DNA of 64,000 bases, from positions 70,197 through 134,196 of the forward strand of contig JBAZWC010000001.1 in the NCBI GenBank assembly GCA_041660565.1. Direction: 5' to 3'. A model generated the notes under the pieces. It was not told the origin of the DNA. It saw only the letters and a program-made list of their open reading frames with translations, and did not search any database. Each line of letters opens with the position of its first letter. Position 1 is the stretch's first letter. Positions 37,204 to 47,244 of this stretch are shown in pieces. Both the position numbers and the translations under genes were made by a program. The DNA is from Patescibacteria group bacterium. GTDB lineage: Bacteria > Patescibacteriota > UBA1384 > CAJBMM01.

Positions 37204-38403
37204 TTGGCAAAATTTGTCTACGAAGCAAAAAACGATCAAGGGCAGCTGGTACGCGGCATGGTTGTTGCGCCTAACGAATCTGCTGCCGAAAAATTATTGC
37301 AACGCAATCGTTTTGTTGTGACGTCATTAGAAGTTGGTAAATCGCCTTTTTCAGCCATAAACATTTTTAATAAAGTTGGAGTACGTGATCGTGCGCAGTT
37401 TGCGCGTCAGTTAGCCACCATGATCTCTGCTGGCTTGCCATTGGTACAAGCCCTAAACATTATCACCATGCAAACTCGTCAACCAAAAATGCATACTATT
37501 TTAGCGTCGGTGGTGCGAGACATTGAAAGCGGGTTCAGTTTTTCTACCGCGCTTGCAAAGCACACCGAGGCGTTTGATAGCGTTTTTATCGCCATCGTTA
37601 GATCTGGTGAGGCCACCGGTAAACTCGATCAGGTATTGCTCGAGTTAGCAGATCAATCTGAAAAAGACGCGTCGTTTTCCGGAAAAATTAAAGGCGCATT
37701 AGCTTATCCGGCATTTATCATCTGCGCTATGATTGGTGTTGCTATTTTAATGATGACTCAGGTTATCCCAACCATAAAAGCAGTTTTCGAAGAAGCAAAC
37801 GCTCAGTTGCCATTTGCCACCAGAATGTTGATTATCGCATCTGACTATATGGTTGAGTTTTGGTACATTGTGATTGTGGCTGTAATTGGGTTTGTGGTTG
37901 CGGCGCGATTGTTTTTAATGTCCAAGCCAGGCAAATTAATGTTAGATAAACTAGCGCTCCATGCTCCGATATTTTCACAAACCGCAACCAGCATCATTAT
38001 GGCCAGGCTAACCCGTACTCTAGGTCTGCTGGTTGGCTCTGGAATTCCAATTCTCGAATCAATTAGCATTGTCTCCGAGGTTATTAATAATAATATATAT
38101 AAAGAAGGCCTAAGAGAGGTGAGGGCGCAAGTTGAGCGTGGTATTCCAATGAGCGTGCCGTTGTTAAAAAACAAAGAATTTCCGGTATTATTTGGGCAAA
38201 TGGTCTCGGTAGGTGAGCAAACCGGACGAATTGATGCAATGCTTGCCAATCTGGCCAAGTTTTATTCCGAAGACTCTGATACAAAATTAAAAGGAATGAC
38301 TACGCTAATCGAGCCTGTCGTGATGGTTATCTTGGGTGTGGGCGTGGCGTTTCTAATATTTGCTATTCTAGTGCCAATTTACAACATCTCAAGCATAGGA
38401 TAG
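37204..38403 (+). CDS. pilC: Type IV pilus inner-membrane platform protein PilC (GspF family)
   Basis: 399 aa, two GspF-like repeats, 3 TM helices. Confidence 0.8.
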   Translation: MAKFVYEAKNDQGQLVRGMVVAPNESAAEKLLQRNRFVVTSLEVGKSPFSAINIFNKVGVRDRAQFARQLATMISAGLPLVQALNIITMQTRQPKMHTILASVVRDIESGFSFSTALAKHTEAFDSVFIAIVRSGEATGKLDQVLLELADQSEKDASFSGKIKGALAYPAFIICAMIGVAILMMTQVIPTIKAVFEEANAQLPFATRMLIIASDYMVEFWYIVIVAVIGFVVAARLFLMSKPGKLMLDKLALHAPIFSQTATSIIMARLTRTLGLLVGSGIPILESISIVSEVINNNIYKEGLREVRAQVERGIPMSVPLLKNKEFPVLFGQMVSVGEQTGRIDAMLANLAKFYSEDSDTKLKGMTTLIEPVVMVILGVGVAFLIFAILVPIYNISSIG

Positions 38404-38411
38404 TGATTTGG

Positions 38412-38490
38412 TGTCATTCCGGGCTTGACCCGGAATCTATATAAAAAAATTTTTGTTCGAGGTGCCCGTCCCGAGAACTGTGAGATGCAT
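38412..38490. repeat. GTCATTCCGGGCTTGACCCGGAATCTATATAAAAAAA unit plus GTTCGAGGTG..GAGAAC fragment
   Basis: Family copies elsewhere. Confidence 0.55.
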
Positions 38491-38654
38491 CATGTCAGTC
38501 AACAGCGAATATTTCATAATTATCGTCAGATAATTTCGAGACAAAGCGAGCCAAGCGAACTGTCTCAAAGCGAACAATCTTCATTAACATGGTATTGTGT
38601 GTTAGTTTAGTGGTAAAATATATATGGTATGTAAATTGAAAAAAGGAGGCTATC

Positions 38655-39170
38655 GTGCAAAATAAAAAGGCTTTTACTTTGATCGAACTATTGGTGGTTA
38701 TCGCCATTATTGGTATTTTGGCGGCTATTGCTCTTAACGCTACTACCAGTGCGAGGCGTCGTGCTGCAGACGCTCAGGTAAAATCGAACGCGCAGGCGTA
38801 TCTTAAAGCGTGGATTTCGTACTCGTCTGACAGCTCCATGTTTAACGTCGCTGCACAAGGAGTAGGAAACGTCACTCTAAGAGGGGTTCAGGGTTGGCAA
38901 AACACTACTTTTAGAACCAGTGGTGATTTAACTGCCGCTGCTGGGTTATACAGTGCATCAAACCCTGACGTTGCTTCGCCGTATGATATTACAAATCCAA
39001 AGTATGACGACCGAAATTTCACTGCTACTGCGATTGCGGTTGGAGGGGCGCTTACTGCTAACCCTGCTGCTACTGCTGCGGGTCCTATTGTTGCGGGTGG
39101 TCAGGCCAACATCGATAGCATTTTTACCGCGCCGGCCGGTGGAAAATGGTTTGTTGTGACTCAAAGATAG
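38655..39170 (+). CDS. pilA: Type IV major pilin (PilA-like), paralog 1
   Basis: Prepilin leader MQNKKA-G/FTLIELLVVIAIIGILAAIALN with Glu at position +5. Confidence 0.8.
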   Translation: MQNKKAFTLIELLVVIAIIGILAAIALNATTSARRRAADAQVKSNAQAYLKAWISYSSDSSMFNVAAQGVGNVTLRGVQGWQNTTFRTSGDLTAAAGLYSASNPDVASPYDITNPKYDDRNFTATAIAVGGALTANPAATAAGPIVAGGQANIDSIFTAPAGGKWFVVTQR

Positions 39171-39334
39171 TAGTTATCCACAGGCATTCGTTGGAATGAC
39201 GCTTGTTATCATATACAATTAAATAGGATTATTAAAATTGCTCCCGGTAGGGGTGGGTTTATTCCACTCGTGGAGGGACGGTCGATGCAGTTTTGTGATA
39301 TTTTAATCAAATTATTTTAAAGGAGTTTCTTATT

Positions 39335-39817
39335 ATGAAAAAAGCTTTTACCTTAATTGAGCTTTTAGTGGTCATCGCCATCATTGGTATTTTGGCCGCT
39401 ATTGCTCTTAACGCTACTACCAGTGCACGACGTCGAGCGTCAGATGCTCAAGTCAAATCAAACGCGCAATCAGCACTGAAGGCGTGGGTTTCATATTCGT
39501 CTGACAACTCGTTATTCTACACACCTGTTGCTGCTGCTGCCACAACAGTGGCGCGTGCCGACTTTACCACTGCTGCAACTGGCTTAGATGCGGTGTTAAC
39601 TGCAGACCTGCGCACCGGTATGACAGCAAGTTTGTATGGTGGCCATGATGGTACGGGTGCCGGAACATTTAGTTCAAACGTGATTGGCGTGGGTGGAGCG
39701 CTAACAGCTAATCCAGCTACGGGTGCAAACGGAATTGTCGCTGGAAACGGTGCCACAGACGGTATTACCGCTGGTGGTGCAGCTACCGACGAATGGTTCT
39801 TAGTTACACAAAGATAA
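39335..39817 (+). CDS. pilA: Type IV major pilin (PilA-like), paralog 2
   Basis: MKKA-FTLIELLVVIAIIGILAAIALNATTSARRRA; first about 55 residues near-identical to paralog 1, C-terminal halves divergent. Confidence 0.8.
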   Translation: MKKAFTLIELLVVIAIIGILAAIALNATTSARRRASDAQVKSNAQSALKAWVSYSSDNSLFYTPVAAAATTVARADFTTAATGLDAVLTADLRTGMTASLYGGHDGTGAGTFSSNVIGVGGALTANPATGANGIVAGNGATDGITAGGAATDEWFLVTQR

Positions 39818-39828
39818 TATTTATTATC

Positions 39829-39900
39829 TAACTGTCCATCTCTGCGTCATTGTTGTGTCGCGTAATGCGATGCTCTCTGACGCCGAGGGGACAGTTTTAT
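39829..39900 (+). terminator. Rho-independent terminator after the pilin genes
   Basis: CTGTCC..GCGTCA // TGACGC..GGACAG long inverted repeat followed by TTTTATT. Confidence 0.5.
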
Positions 39901-39912
39901 TGAGGAGGGGAT

Positions 39913-40662
39913 ATGTGGATTGTTGCGGCGTTATTCGGACTATTTATCGGGTCATTTTTGAACGTGGTCAACTTGCGCTTTGGTAAATGGAAGAGTATCG
40001 CCACCTCCAGATCTAATTGTGTACATTGCAAACACACCTTATCCTGGTTTGACCTAATCCCGGTGCTTAGCTTTGGGCTTTTAGGCGGAAAATGTCGCTA
40101 TTGCCACAAACCAATATCCATCCAATATCCGATTATCGAACTATTATCGGCAATTCTGGCGGGGCTAATTTGGTGGCATTATCAACCCGAATCAACATCA
40201 CAAATAATCCTTGCCATACTAACCATCATTTTTGGGTATATCTTTTTGCTTATGTCTATTGAAGACGTCAAACAAATGGAAGTGCACGACGAACTATTCT
40301 GGTCGGCAATTGTAATTGGGGTGATTATAGCCGTCTTTACACAACACAGCTTAGTCTCACTTTTGCTTGGTGTTGCCTCTGCCGCCGGATTGTTATTCTT
40401 GCTAACGACTGTTTCAAAAGAGCGCTGGATGGGGTGGGGTGATGTGTTGGTGGCGGTGCCGGTGGGAATAATTTTGGGATACCCGCTTGGGTTATTATGG
40501 ATATTAACCGGATTTTGGGTAGGAGCGATATATGGTGTTGGGTTAATGGCCCTCAAAATTAAAAAACGAACCGACCCCGTACCGTTTTTACCGATACTTT
40601 TGGCCAGTTTTGTGATTGTCTTACTATGGGGTGACCGAATCGTAAATTGGTATTTAAAGTAA
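39913..40662 (+). CDS. pilD: Prepilin peptidase (A24 family, PilD)
   Basis: N-terminal CxxC...CxxC (CVHCKH...CRYCHK), multiple TM helices, conserved Asp-containing C-terminal half. Confidence 0.8.
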   Translation: MWIVAALFGLFIGSFLNVVNLRFGKWKSIATSRSNCVHCKHTLSWFDLIPVLSFGLLGGKCRYCHKPISIQYPIIELLSAILAGLIWWHYQPESTSQIILAILTIIFGYIFLLMSIEDVKQMEVHDELFWSAIVIGVIIAVFTQHSLVSLLLGVASAAGLLFLLTTVSKERWMGWGDVLVAVPVGIILGYPLGLLWILTGFWVGAIYGVGLMALKIKKRTDPVPFLPILLASFVIVLLWGDRIVNWYLK

Positions 40663-40704
40663 ATACTTTAGGGGTGTTGGGGTGATTTGGGGAGTTGTGA
40701 AAAA

Positions 40705-40913
40705 ACCCTTCTCCTCTGGAGGAGAAGGTGGAACGCTAAGCGTCCCTTGACCCCGCTTAGCGGGGTGCCCGTAGGGCGGATGAGGAGCTCCTCACCTCTC
40801 CGAGCCGTAGGCTCCAGCCCGTAGGACTTACGCCCGGAGGGTCTACGAGCCGGAGGCCGGTCTTCGACCACCCTCTCCTCAAGGAGGAGAGGGAAACCGA
40901 GGAGTCGAAATGA
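40705..40913. repeat. About 210-bp mosaic palindromic element (CTTCTCCTCTGGAGGAGAAG; GGAACGCTAAGCGTCCC; CCCCGCTTAGCGGGG; GAGGAGCTCCTC; CTACGG module; CTCTCCTCAAGGAGGAGAG; ..GTCGAAATGACA)
   Basis: An inverted copy lies at 44826-44975 and a related copy at 60455-60650; overlapping ORF 40668..41153(-) judged spurious. Confidence 0.7.
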
Positions 40914-40965
40914 CATGTGAATCAAAATATATGTTACAATAAACGTAACACCGGAGGGGATTAAT

Positions 40966-41766
40966 TTGGGTAAACGTGCTTTTACGATAATTGAACTTTT
41001 GGTAACCATATCGATAATTGGTCTGTTATTGGTCACTATTTTGCCGTCGTTATCCAAATACGGCCGGTCAAATAACGTGAACATTGCGGCACAAACTGTT
41101 CGCCAAGCTCTAGCTGAAACCCAATCCTTTGCTACCGCACCAGACCCAAACACCTGTCCGTTTTTATCCGGAGTGTCATCTAACTGGTGGTCAATTAATG
41201 CCTATGGTTTTTATGCCAATCCGGGTGGAACTACCCCAACCAACATTAAACCGGCATACGCGGCAGATCCAGATGGCTCTTACCCGGCTGGATACACGTG
41301 TGGGCAGTACAGTGATGTTCAAAATTTAGCTCAAAATCAGTATGCTATTTTGGCACTGCACGTTTCCGCTGATCCCGATGATGCTACCAGCATCTGGATC
41401 TCGGTAATTGGGATAGTGAAAATTGAAACCATCGAAAGCCCGGCCCAGTTTATCCAAAATGGTACTACTAACGCCCCAACCCACCCGATATTCTTTGCCT
41501 TTAACTCACCAGATGGTGGCTTTCGTGCCCAAGCCACATACGCGGGTGGAACAGGTTTTGATATCCAGCTAAATCAAATTCTAGCCACCGGTAATTTAGT
41601 GAATATTGGGGCAACCACATACACCACGGCACTAGCTGCCAATAATAAGTTTGCGATAATTACTCTAGGCAATGCAGACAGCTACACTTCAACGCTGTTT
41701 ATTAATATTCTAACCGGGCAAGTTACTTCTACCAATAAAGCTCCGAATGGGTTTACGCCGCAATAA
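40966..41766 (+). CDS. Minor pilin / pseudopilin (prepilin-type N-terminus)
   Basis: MGKRA-FTIIELLVTISIIGLLL. Confidence 0.7.
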   Translation: MGKRAFTIIELLVTISIIGLLLVTILPSLSKYGRSNNVNIAAQTVRQALAETQSFATAPDPNTCPFLSGVSSNWWSINAYGFYANPGGTTPTNIKPAYAADPDGSYPAGYTCGQYSDVQNLAQNQYAILALHVSADPDDATSIWISVIGIVKIETIESPAQFIQNGTTNAPTHPIFFAFNSPDGGFRAQATYAGGTGFDIQLNQILATGNLVNIGATTYTTALAANNKFAIITLGNADSYTSTLFINILTGQVTSTNKAPNGFTPQ

Positions 41767-41779
41767 GATGATGAACAAG

Positions 41780-42766
41780 ATGAAAAAATCGTTTGGTTTA
41801 ATTGAAGTATTAGTCTCGGGATTAATTGTAATCTCGATAGTTTCGGCTGCCGCGGTTTTAAGGCAAAGATCATCTAGCCAAGCGTCATTAGTGCGCCATC
41901 AAGAAGTCGCCACGCTATTGGCACAAGAGGGGATAGAAGGCGTGCGTCAGATTCGCGATTCAAACTACCTGATCAAACAATCAGAAATTCACTTACAAAC
42001 GTTACGAACAAAAGTTCCTTGGGACTGTTTCCTAACATACGCCGGGTATATCGCTGCAAACGATTTAACCAGCCCCCCAACATTTTATTGCCAAGACGGC
42101 CGAAACAACTCCTCAAGCAGTAAAACCTCCACTAACACCGGCGATTTTTCGCTAACAAATTCACTTCCTACAGATCCATCAAAGCCAACATTAGAGCTAA
42201 GTGCTGGTGCGGTAATGGAGTATTTATTTTATAATGCTGCGGGTGGGCGTGTGTGGTTACCGGCATTCGGAGTTTCATCATACAATAAAGTTGATACCGG
42301 GGGGTTCGAATCTGATAGTCCGTCAACTAATACCTCTATAGGTACCATTTTTGCCGATAATTGCCCCGGAGCAGAACGAATTTTTGTTCCGGAAGGAGAT
42401 TCGAATAAAACAATTATGTTAGGGAATACCCGCCGAACATTGGGTGTGACAGCGGTAGGTGTGGCCGGGCAAACTATTCAAGGTAACAATGTGGCCGGGG
42501 CGTACGCTCAAGATTGTGCTTCAGCACCCCCTGCTGGCTACGCCGAATTTAAACGCCAAATTACTATCAGCCAAGTTCCCGCCATTCAGAACGCCGAAAC
42601 CGCCAATTATCCCGCTGACTGGGTTAGCGCAGGGGCAGTAAACTCACAAACTCACATGGTCAAGGTTTTAGTTAGAGTAAGCTGGGATGAAACAAACCGG
42701 TTTTCTACTAACCAAGACAATGCGGTATTGCTGGCAACATATCTAACCGACTGGAGACCAAATTAA
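41780..42766 (+). CDS. Minor pilin (PilV-like), atypical Ser at position -1
   Basis: MKKS-FGLIEVLVSGLIVISIV (Glu +5 present; start chosen among four in-frame ATGs from 41747). Confidence 0.6.
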   Translation: MKKSFGLIEVLVSGLIVISIVSAAAVLRQRSSSQASLVRHQEVATLLAQEGIEGVRQIRDSNYLIKQSEIHLQTLRTKVPWDCFLTYAGYIAANDLTSPPTFYCQDGRNNSSSSKTSTNTGDFSLTNSLPTDPSKPTLELSAGAVMEYLFYNAAGGRVWLPAFGVSSYNKVDTGGFESDSPSTNTSIGTIFADNCPGAERIFVPEGDSNKTIMLGNTRRTLGVTAVGVAGQTIQGNNVAGAYAQDCASAPPAGYAEFKRQITISQVPAIQNAETANYPADWVSAGAVNSQTHMVKVLVRVSWDETNRFSTNQDNAVLLATYLTDWRPN

Positions 42767-42796
42767 TAATTTTAAATTTTTAATTTTATAACGAAA

Positions 42797-43585
42797 ATGA
42801 ATATGAAAAAATCATACACCTTAATTGAAATATTAATTGCCTCGGCAATCTTTTCCGCTATCATAGTTATCACTATCGGTACATTTTCCGGGTCAATTTC
42901 ATTCAGTGGGGCAGCTACTGAAGACAGGGTAACTAGGGGAGCGGCTCAAACGTTTAATGATTGGCTAACCCGCCAAATTCGCGCCACCAACACCATGCCA
43001 ATCACGCTGTCCTCCTCTGGACCGGCGGCAGTTACCACTATGTGTTTAATTTCTTCCGATGGTGGTTCGAGGATATGTGGCGCATTGCCAGATTATAAAG
43101 CATCCGGTTTTTTGTTCATCGATGCGTACAATCTCCCTCTAAATTCTTATGACATTGCCGATGGCGGGACGATTAATGGGGTAGGTGGAATTATCATACC
43201 AAAACCAGACACCCCGCGATATTGGATGTATATTGGTACGCCATGCGCCGGCGAATCATTGCCAATGGTGCGTCAGACTGTCGCCGCGTTCGATACGGTG
43301 CCACCAAACCCGTGTGGGGCCAACTGGACATCTGCCGGGCAAATATTACCGGCCGAAGTTTCGGTCAAAAATCTAAAATTCTATGGCATCAATCCAAAAT
43401 TAGCCAAATTTGATACAAATGGTAATCTAACCGATTACGGCGCGCTGTCACAGCCATATATTTCCTGGAGTATGCAAATGTATCCCACCAATGCGCCAGA
43501 CCGAGTTACTACTTATCAAACCACCCTTACTTCACGTGATTATTCGTTTGCCTTCCCGGTTTGTACCACTGGAAACTGCCAATGA
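42797..43585 (+). CDS. Minor pilin (PilW-like)
   Basis: MNMKKS-YTLIEILIASAIFSAII. Confidence 0.65.
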   Translation: MNMKKSYTLIEILIASAIFSAIIVITIGTFSGSISFSGAATEDRVTRGAAQTFNDWLTRQIRATNTMPITLSSSGPAAVTTMCLISSDGGSRICGALPDYKASGFLFIDAYNLPLNSYDIADGGTINGVGGIIIPKPDTPRYWMYIGTPCAGESLPMVRQTVAAFDTVPPNPCGANWTSAGQILPAEVSVKNLKFYGINPKLAKFDTNGNLTDYGALSQPYISWSMQMYPTNAPDRVTTYQTTLTSRDYSFAFPVCTTGNCQ

Positions 43586-43658
43586 TAGGCCTCCTGGTCC
43601 GTAGGGGAGGACTCATACCTGTCCTCCCGAAATCTGACCTCAAAGAAAGAATAACAAG

Positions 43659-44741
43659 ATGAAACACAAATTATCACATTATCTACCAAAAGCTAAAAGT
43701 TCGGCGTTAATTTTAACGTTAGTAATAGTTACGTTAATTGCCAGTATGATCTTTTTTATCGGGCGCTCTGCTATCAAAGAGCAAAAGACCGCTGCTTCTT
43801 CTAACTCTTCATTAGGAGCGTACTACGCCGCAGAAGCGGGAATAGAAACGGGCTTAGCTATGTTAGCGTCAGACAAAAATCTAGAATCGCCAACCTGTCT
43901 CACCGGCGCCGTAGATTGCACCTTAAGCAACCTAAATTCCAACTTATCGGTAGATGACCTGGCAAAGGCCGTGCCAGAGTCATTCCCCGAGCGAGTGCGG
44001 CTAGCGCGATTCGGTGCAAATGGGGCATTGTCAAATAACGCCACCGATACAGATCTGGGAACGTCGGTTAGTCCGTTACTCAACGGAGTGCTCACAATGC
44101 CAGATCCAACCGAATACGTTTATGATCTAAAAATCACCAGCAAAATTGATACTATGGGAAAAGTGTCCGGTGCCAACCCTCCACAACCGATGTCGCCATG
44201 TTCTGCCAGCCCCTGCGCCACTACCGACCCGGGTTTTTTGGCAAACGGTAATGTTAAAGAGTTTACACTGGAAACCGGCGTTGGCGCAGACGTGCCGGGG
44301 AATATAAATATATTCTGGACTTGTACTGACAGGGATTGTGATGGACGTGACCAAATATTAATAGAATATATTCGCAACAACTGTGGTGGTAACACGGAGT
44401 GTACTGAAGATAGGGTTATGGGGTCAGAATACGCCAATCATTCAACGCCTCTAGTAGGTTTCGGCACCTCAAACGCCACGGGAAATATAACTAAAATACG
44501 TATCAAACCTGTTAGTTCAGATGTCGCCACCTTTTCTGGGATTAATTTTAGCCTGGTGGCATATAATAAAACTAACGATGGCACGGTGCCTATAAAATCC
44601 GATATCACTAAGGTACAGTCTATTGGTTACTATGGGGGAATAAAACGCCGCCTAGAGGCAAATGTAGATAGAAGCTCAGGAGCGTTGTTAGGTCTGTTTG
44701 ACTACGCCGTGTATGCCGGTGGTACTCTAACCCAACCATAA
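43659..44741 (+). CDS. PilX-like minor pilin / pilus assembly protein
   Basis: N-terminal TM followed by ..LGAYYAAEAGIETGLAML typical of the PilX N-terminal domain. Confidence 0.6.
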   Translation: MKHKLSHYLPKAKSSALILTLVIVTLIASMIFFIGRSAIKEQKTAASSNSSLGAYYAAEAGIETGLAMLASDKNLESPTCLTGAVDCTLSNLNSNLSVDDLAKAVPESFPERVRLARFGANGALSNNATDTDLGTSVSPLLNGVLTMPDPTEYVYDLKITSKIDTMGKVSGANPPQPMSPCSASPCATTDPGFLANGNVKEFTLETGVGADVPGNINIFWTCTDRDCDGRDQILIEYIRNNCGGNTECTEDRVMGSEYANHSTPLVGFGTSNATGNITKIRIKPVSSDVATFSGINFSLVAYNKTNDGTVPIKSDITKVQSIGYYGGIKRRLEANVDRSSGALLGLFDYAVYAGGTLTQP

Positions 44742-44794
44742 AAAATATCACCCCCGAGGTGGTATCCCTTCACACTCGGGGGAGATATTTCAAA

Positions 44795-44975
44795 TTCTAA
44801 GCACTAAGCACTAAATTCTAAAATGGATGTCACTTTTGTCCCCTCTCCTCGTGAGGAGAGGGTGGCTGTAAGCCGGGTGAGGAGCTCCTCATCCACCCTA
44901 CGGGCACCCCGCTAAGCGGGGTCAAGGGACGCTTAGCGTTCCACCTTCTCCCCGAGATGAGAAGGGTATTAGCAT
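44795..44975. repeat. Inverted copy of the 40705-40913 mosaic element (lacking the central CTACGG module) preceded by a TAAGCACTAAAT microsatellite
   Basis: The reverse complement of 44826-44975 aligns with 40705-40790 and 40866-40913. Confidence 0.7.
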
Positions 44976-45318
44976 AGCGTCTGTCACGCAAACTATTGAC
45001 AAAGTTTAAAAAATAGTATAGAGTGTTGGTGTATGAGTAACACATATTACCAATATGGTCTAAAAACGGCAGATGCTTTCTAGCGCATTCTCTTGATGAG
45101 TTTGCGATTTTTTGCATCGCCCTTTATTCTATATATAGATATGATGTTAGAACCTTAATAACATTTCAAGAACTCCTCTAGTTAGTGCCGCCAAACAAGC
45201 TGGCGCACCGTATCTGGCTAAACCCGGATGTGGTTCGACATACTTGGCACACTCGCCGGCTTAAAAGGCTGGCACTATCTATCGCCACACGTAGGTGCGG
45301 CGAGGAGGAGACAGTAAG

Positions 45319-47091
45319 ATGAAGCGAAATCTAATTCTGCTTCTCGCCGCTATGATCGTCATCGCGACGGTCGGATGTGGTGGAGGCGGTGGGGGTTCTA
45401 ACCCCCCGGCCAAAGAGACTCGGTCGGCCAACGTGGCCACCGCGACCTTTGGTTCGCAGTATCTCAAGACGCACAATCTGTTGGTGCAGTGGGTCGGCGA
45501 CAAAACCGGCACTAACTACGGCACCTGCAAGATCGAGAGCGTCAACAAGACATCGGGTACCGGCACGCTGTCGGTCAACCCCGATGGGAGCATCAGCTTG
45601 ATCAACGATCTTCCGGCTGATGTCTTCAACTTCACGTTCGTGACGCATCATCCCCCAATCGAATCCGGAGATCCGCAATACGACCAGCTACTGACGGGCA
45701 CGGCAACGATCACCATCGTCCCCGAGTCCACATCAACCAACCCCACCAACTTCAACATCCCACAAGGCGGGCAAATGACGCTGGTGGCGCGGGCGCAAAA
45801 CGCCCGAGCTACGGGAGCTGAAGTTGTCCGCGTTACTGCGGCTGACACGTCCCGCGTTCCGGTGAACGTTGAGGCCACATGGGTGATCAACCCGCCGAAT
45901 GCGGGTAACATCGTCAAGAACACCGGCGAGACAACGTACACCTTCACAGGCGCCGCGGCTTTCACTGGCACGTTCACGCTAACGGCACATATCGCTAACG
46001 CGATGGACCAGCCGGCAGCAGTCAACGGCAACGCCATTGCCCACCCGACCATTGGGGTTTCCAATCCTACGGAAGGGCAGACTGTCAGCGGCACGGTTAC
46101 CGTGCAGTTTGCCGCCCAGAACGCCACAAGCGTGTACTGGAAGGTAGACTCTGGTACCGAGATGTTGGCATCAAGCAATTCGTTCCCGCTTGACACGACT
46201 ACTCTATCCAACGCCAACCACACCCTGAATTTTAGGGCAGTGGGGCAGTTGGAGACCGTAACGCTGTCTCGCGCGTTTACGGTTAACAACCAAGTGCCGT
46301 ATGACCCGGGGAAGGCCGGCAAGCTGACCTTCACCGGTGGTACGTACAATACCAACTCGGATAACTCCGGCAAGATGGTTAGTACGTTCTACATGTTCAA
46401 GACTGGCGGGGCGGTGGCCGTTGATAAGGCGGATACCATCCGCTTCTTCAACGCCGCGGGCACGGTGGTGAACACCGTGCAGACCGCCGACTATGGCTAC
46501 CCGGTGGCCGTTACCTCTGGTGATGTTGTCTGGGCTGTGCGCCGGAACTTTGGGCAAGTTCGGCTACTCAACAAGACCGGAGCAGTTGTCAACACTCTGA
46601 CGGTTGCGGGGGCTAATGACGCTGCTTACGTGGCCCAAACCGGTAAGGTGCTGGTTAGCGGCAACAACGGTATTCGCGAGTACGACCCGAACACCCTGGC
46701 GTACACCCAGCTACGCACCGACCGTGCCACTGCCGTAACTGGCGACGATCGGTACGTATTCTATCAGGGTACAGGCGACGGATCCGATCCGACTATGCTG
46801 ACAATCTGGAAGTTGGATCGGACAACCGGGTCAATCGTTGCCATCGCCAAACCGGGCATCCTGTTCAGTCTGTATAGCCCGCCCGGATTCAACTGCGTCG
46901 TGGGCACCGACGGCACGTCCAAGACCGTGAAGGTCTGGGACAAGTCGGGAGGCCTGTTGTCCTCAACCCCGCTCCCGAACGGGGAGCAGGTTGTGGGCAT
47001 CGGCGTTGACATGAGCGGAGATGGTAGCGGGCTGTTCATTACGCCTGACATCTCGCTCTTCCAGTATCGGGCACAGATTGTGCCCAACTAG
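45319..47091 (+). CDS. High-GC surface lipoprotein with Ig-like/beta-propeller-like domains
   Basis: Lipobox IATVGC followed by GGGGGG linker; about 58% GC; RBS GAGGAGGAG; start at 45319 (the ORF track extends to 45295). Confidence 0.5.
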   Translation: MKRNLILLLAAMIVIATVGCGGGGGGSNPPAKETRSANVATATFGSQYLKTHNLLVQWVGDKTGTNYGTCKIESVNKTSGTGTLSVNPDGSISLINDLPADVFNFTFVTHHPPIESGDPQYDQLLTGTATITIVPESTSTNPTNFNIPQGGQMTLVARAQNARATGAEVVRVTAADTSRVPVNVEATWVINPPNAGNIVKNTGETTYTFTGAAAFTGTFTLTAHIANAMDQPAAVNGNAIAHPTIGVSNPTEGQTVSGTVTVQFAAQNATSVYWKVDSGTEMLASSNSFPLDTTTLSNANHTLNFRAVGQLETVTLSRAFTVNNQVPYDPGKAGKLTFTGGTYNTNSDNSGKMVSTFYMFKTGGAVAVDKADTIRFFNAAGTVVNTVQTADYGYPVAVTSGDVVWAVRRNFGQVRLLNKTGAVVNTLTVAGANDAAYVAQTGKVLVSGNNGIREYDPNTLAYTQLRTDRATAVTGDDRYVFYQGTGDGSDPTMLTIWKLDRTTGSIVAIAKPGILFSLYSPPGFNCVVGTDGTSKTVKVWDKSGGLLSSTPLPNGEQVVGIGVDMSGDGSGLFITPDISLFQYRAQIVPN

Positions 47092-47127
47092 TTCCGGTAG
47101 CACCTCCCTAGTGTGGTGAAATATCCG

Positions 47128-47178
47128 CACACCCCCGACTCAGGTCATTATGACTGGGCGGGGGCTTTTTTTTATACA
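47128..47178 (+). terminator. Rho-independent terminator
   Basis: CCCCCGACTCAGGTCAT-TATGACTGGGCGGGGG hairpin followed by CTTTTTTTTT. Confidence 0.6.
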
Positions 47179-47198
47179 AAAAATCCTAAATTCCTTAA

Positions 47199-47242
47199 TA
47201 TCGATTCCGGATCATCCGCCAGCTGGCGGACCGGAATGACAG
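47199..47242. repeat. GATTCCGG..GCCAGCTGGC..CCGGAATGACA palindromic unit
   Basis: Same as 4798-4845. Confidence 0.55.
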
Positions 47243-47244
47243 GG

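Noticed and set aside
40668-41153. 161-aa minus-strand ORF
   Set aside because: Mostly a translation of the 210-bp mosaic repeat and antisense to the first minor-pilin gene.
45331-46557. Minus-strand ORFs (115, 241 and 117 aa) inside the high-GC lipoprotein gene
   Set aside because: Antisense shadow ORFs of a 58% GC coding region.
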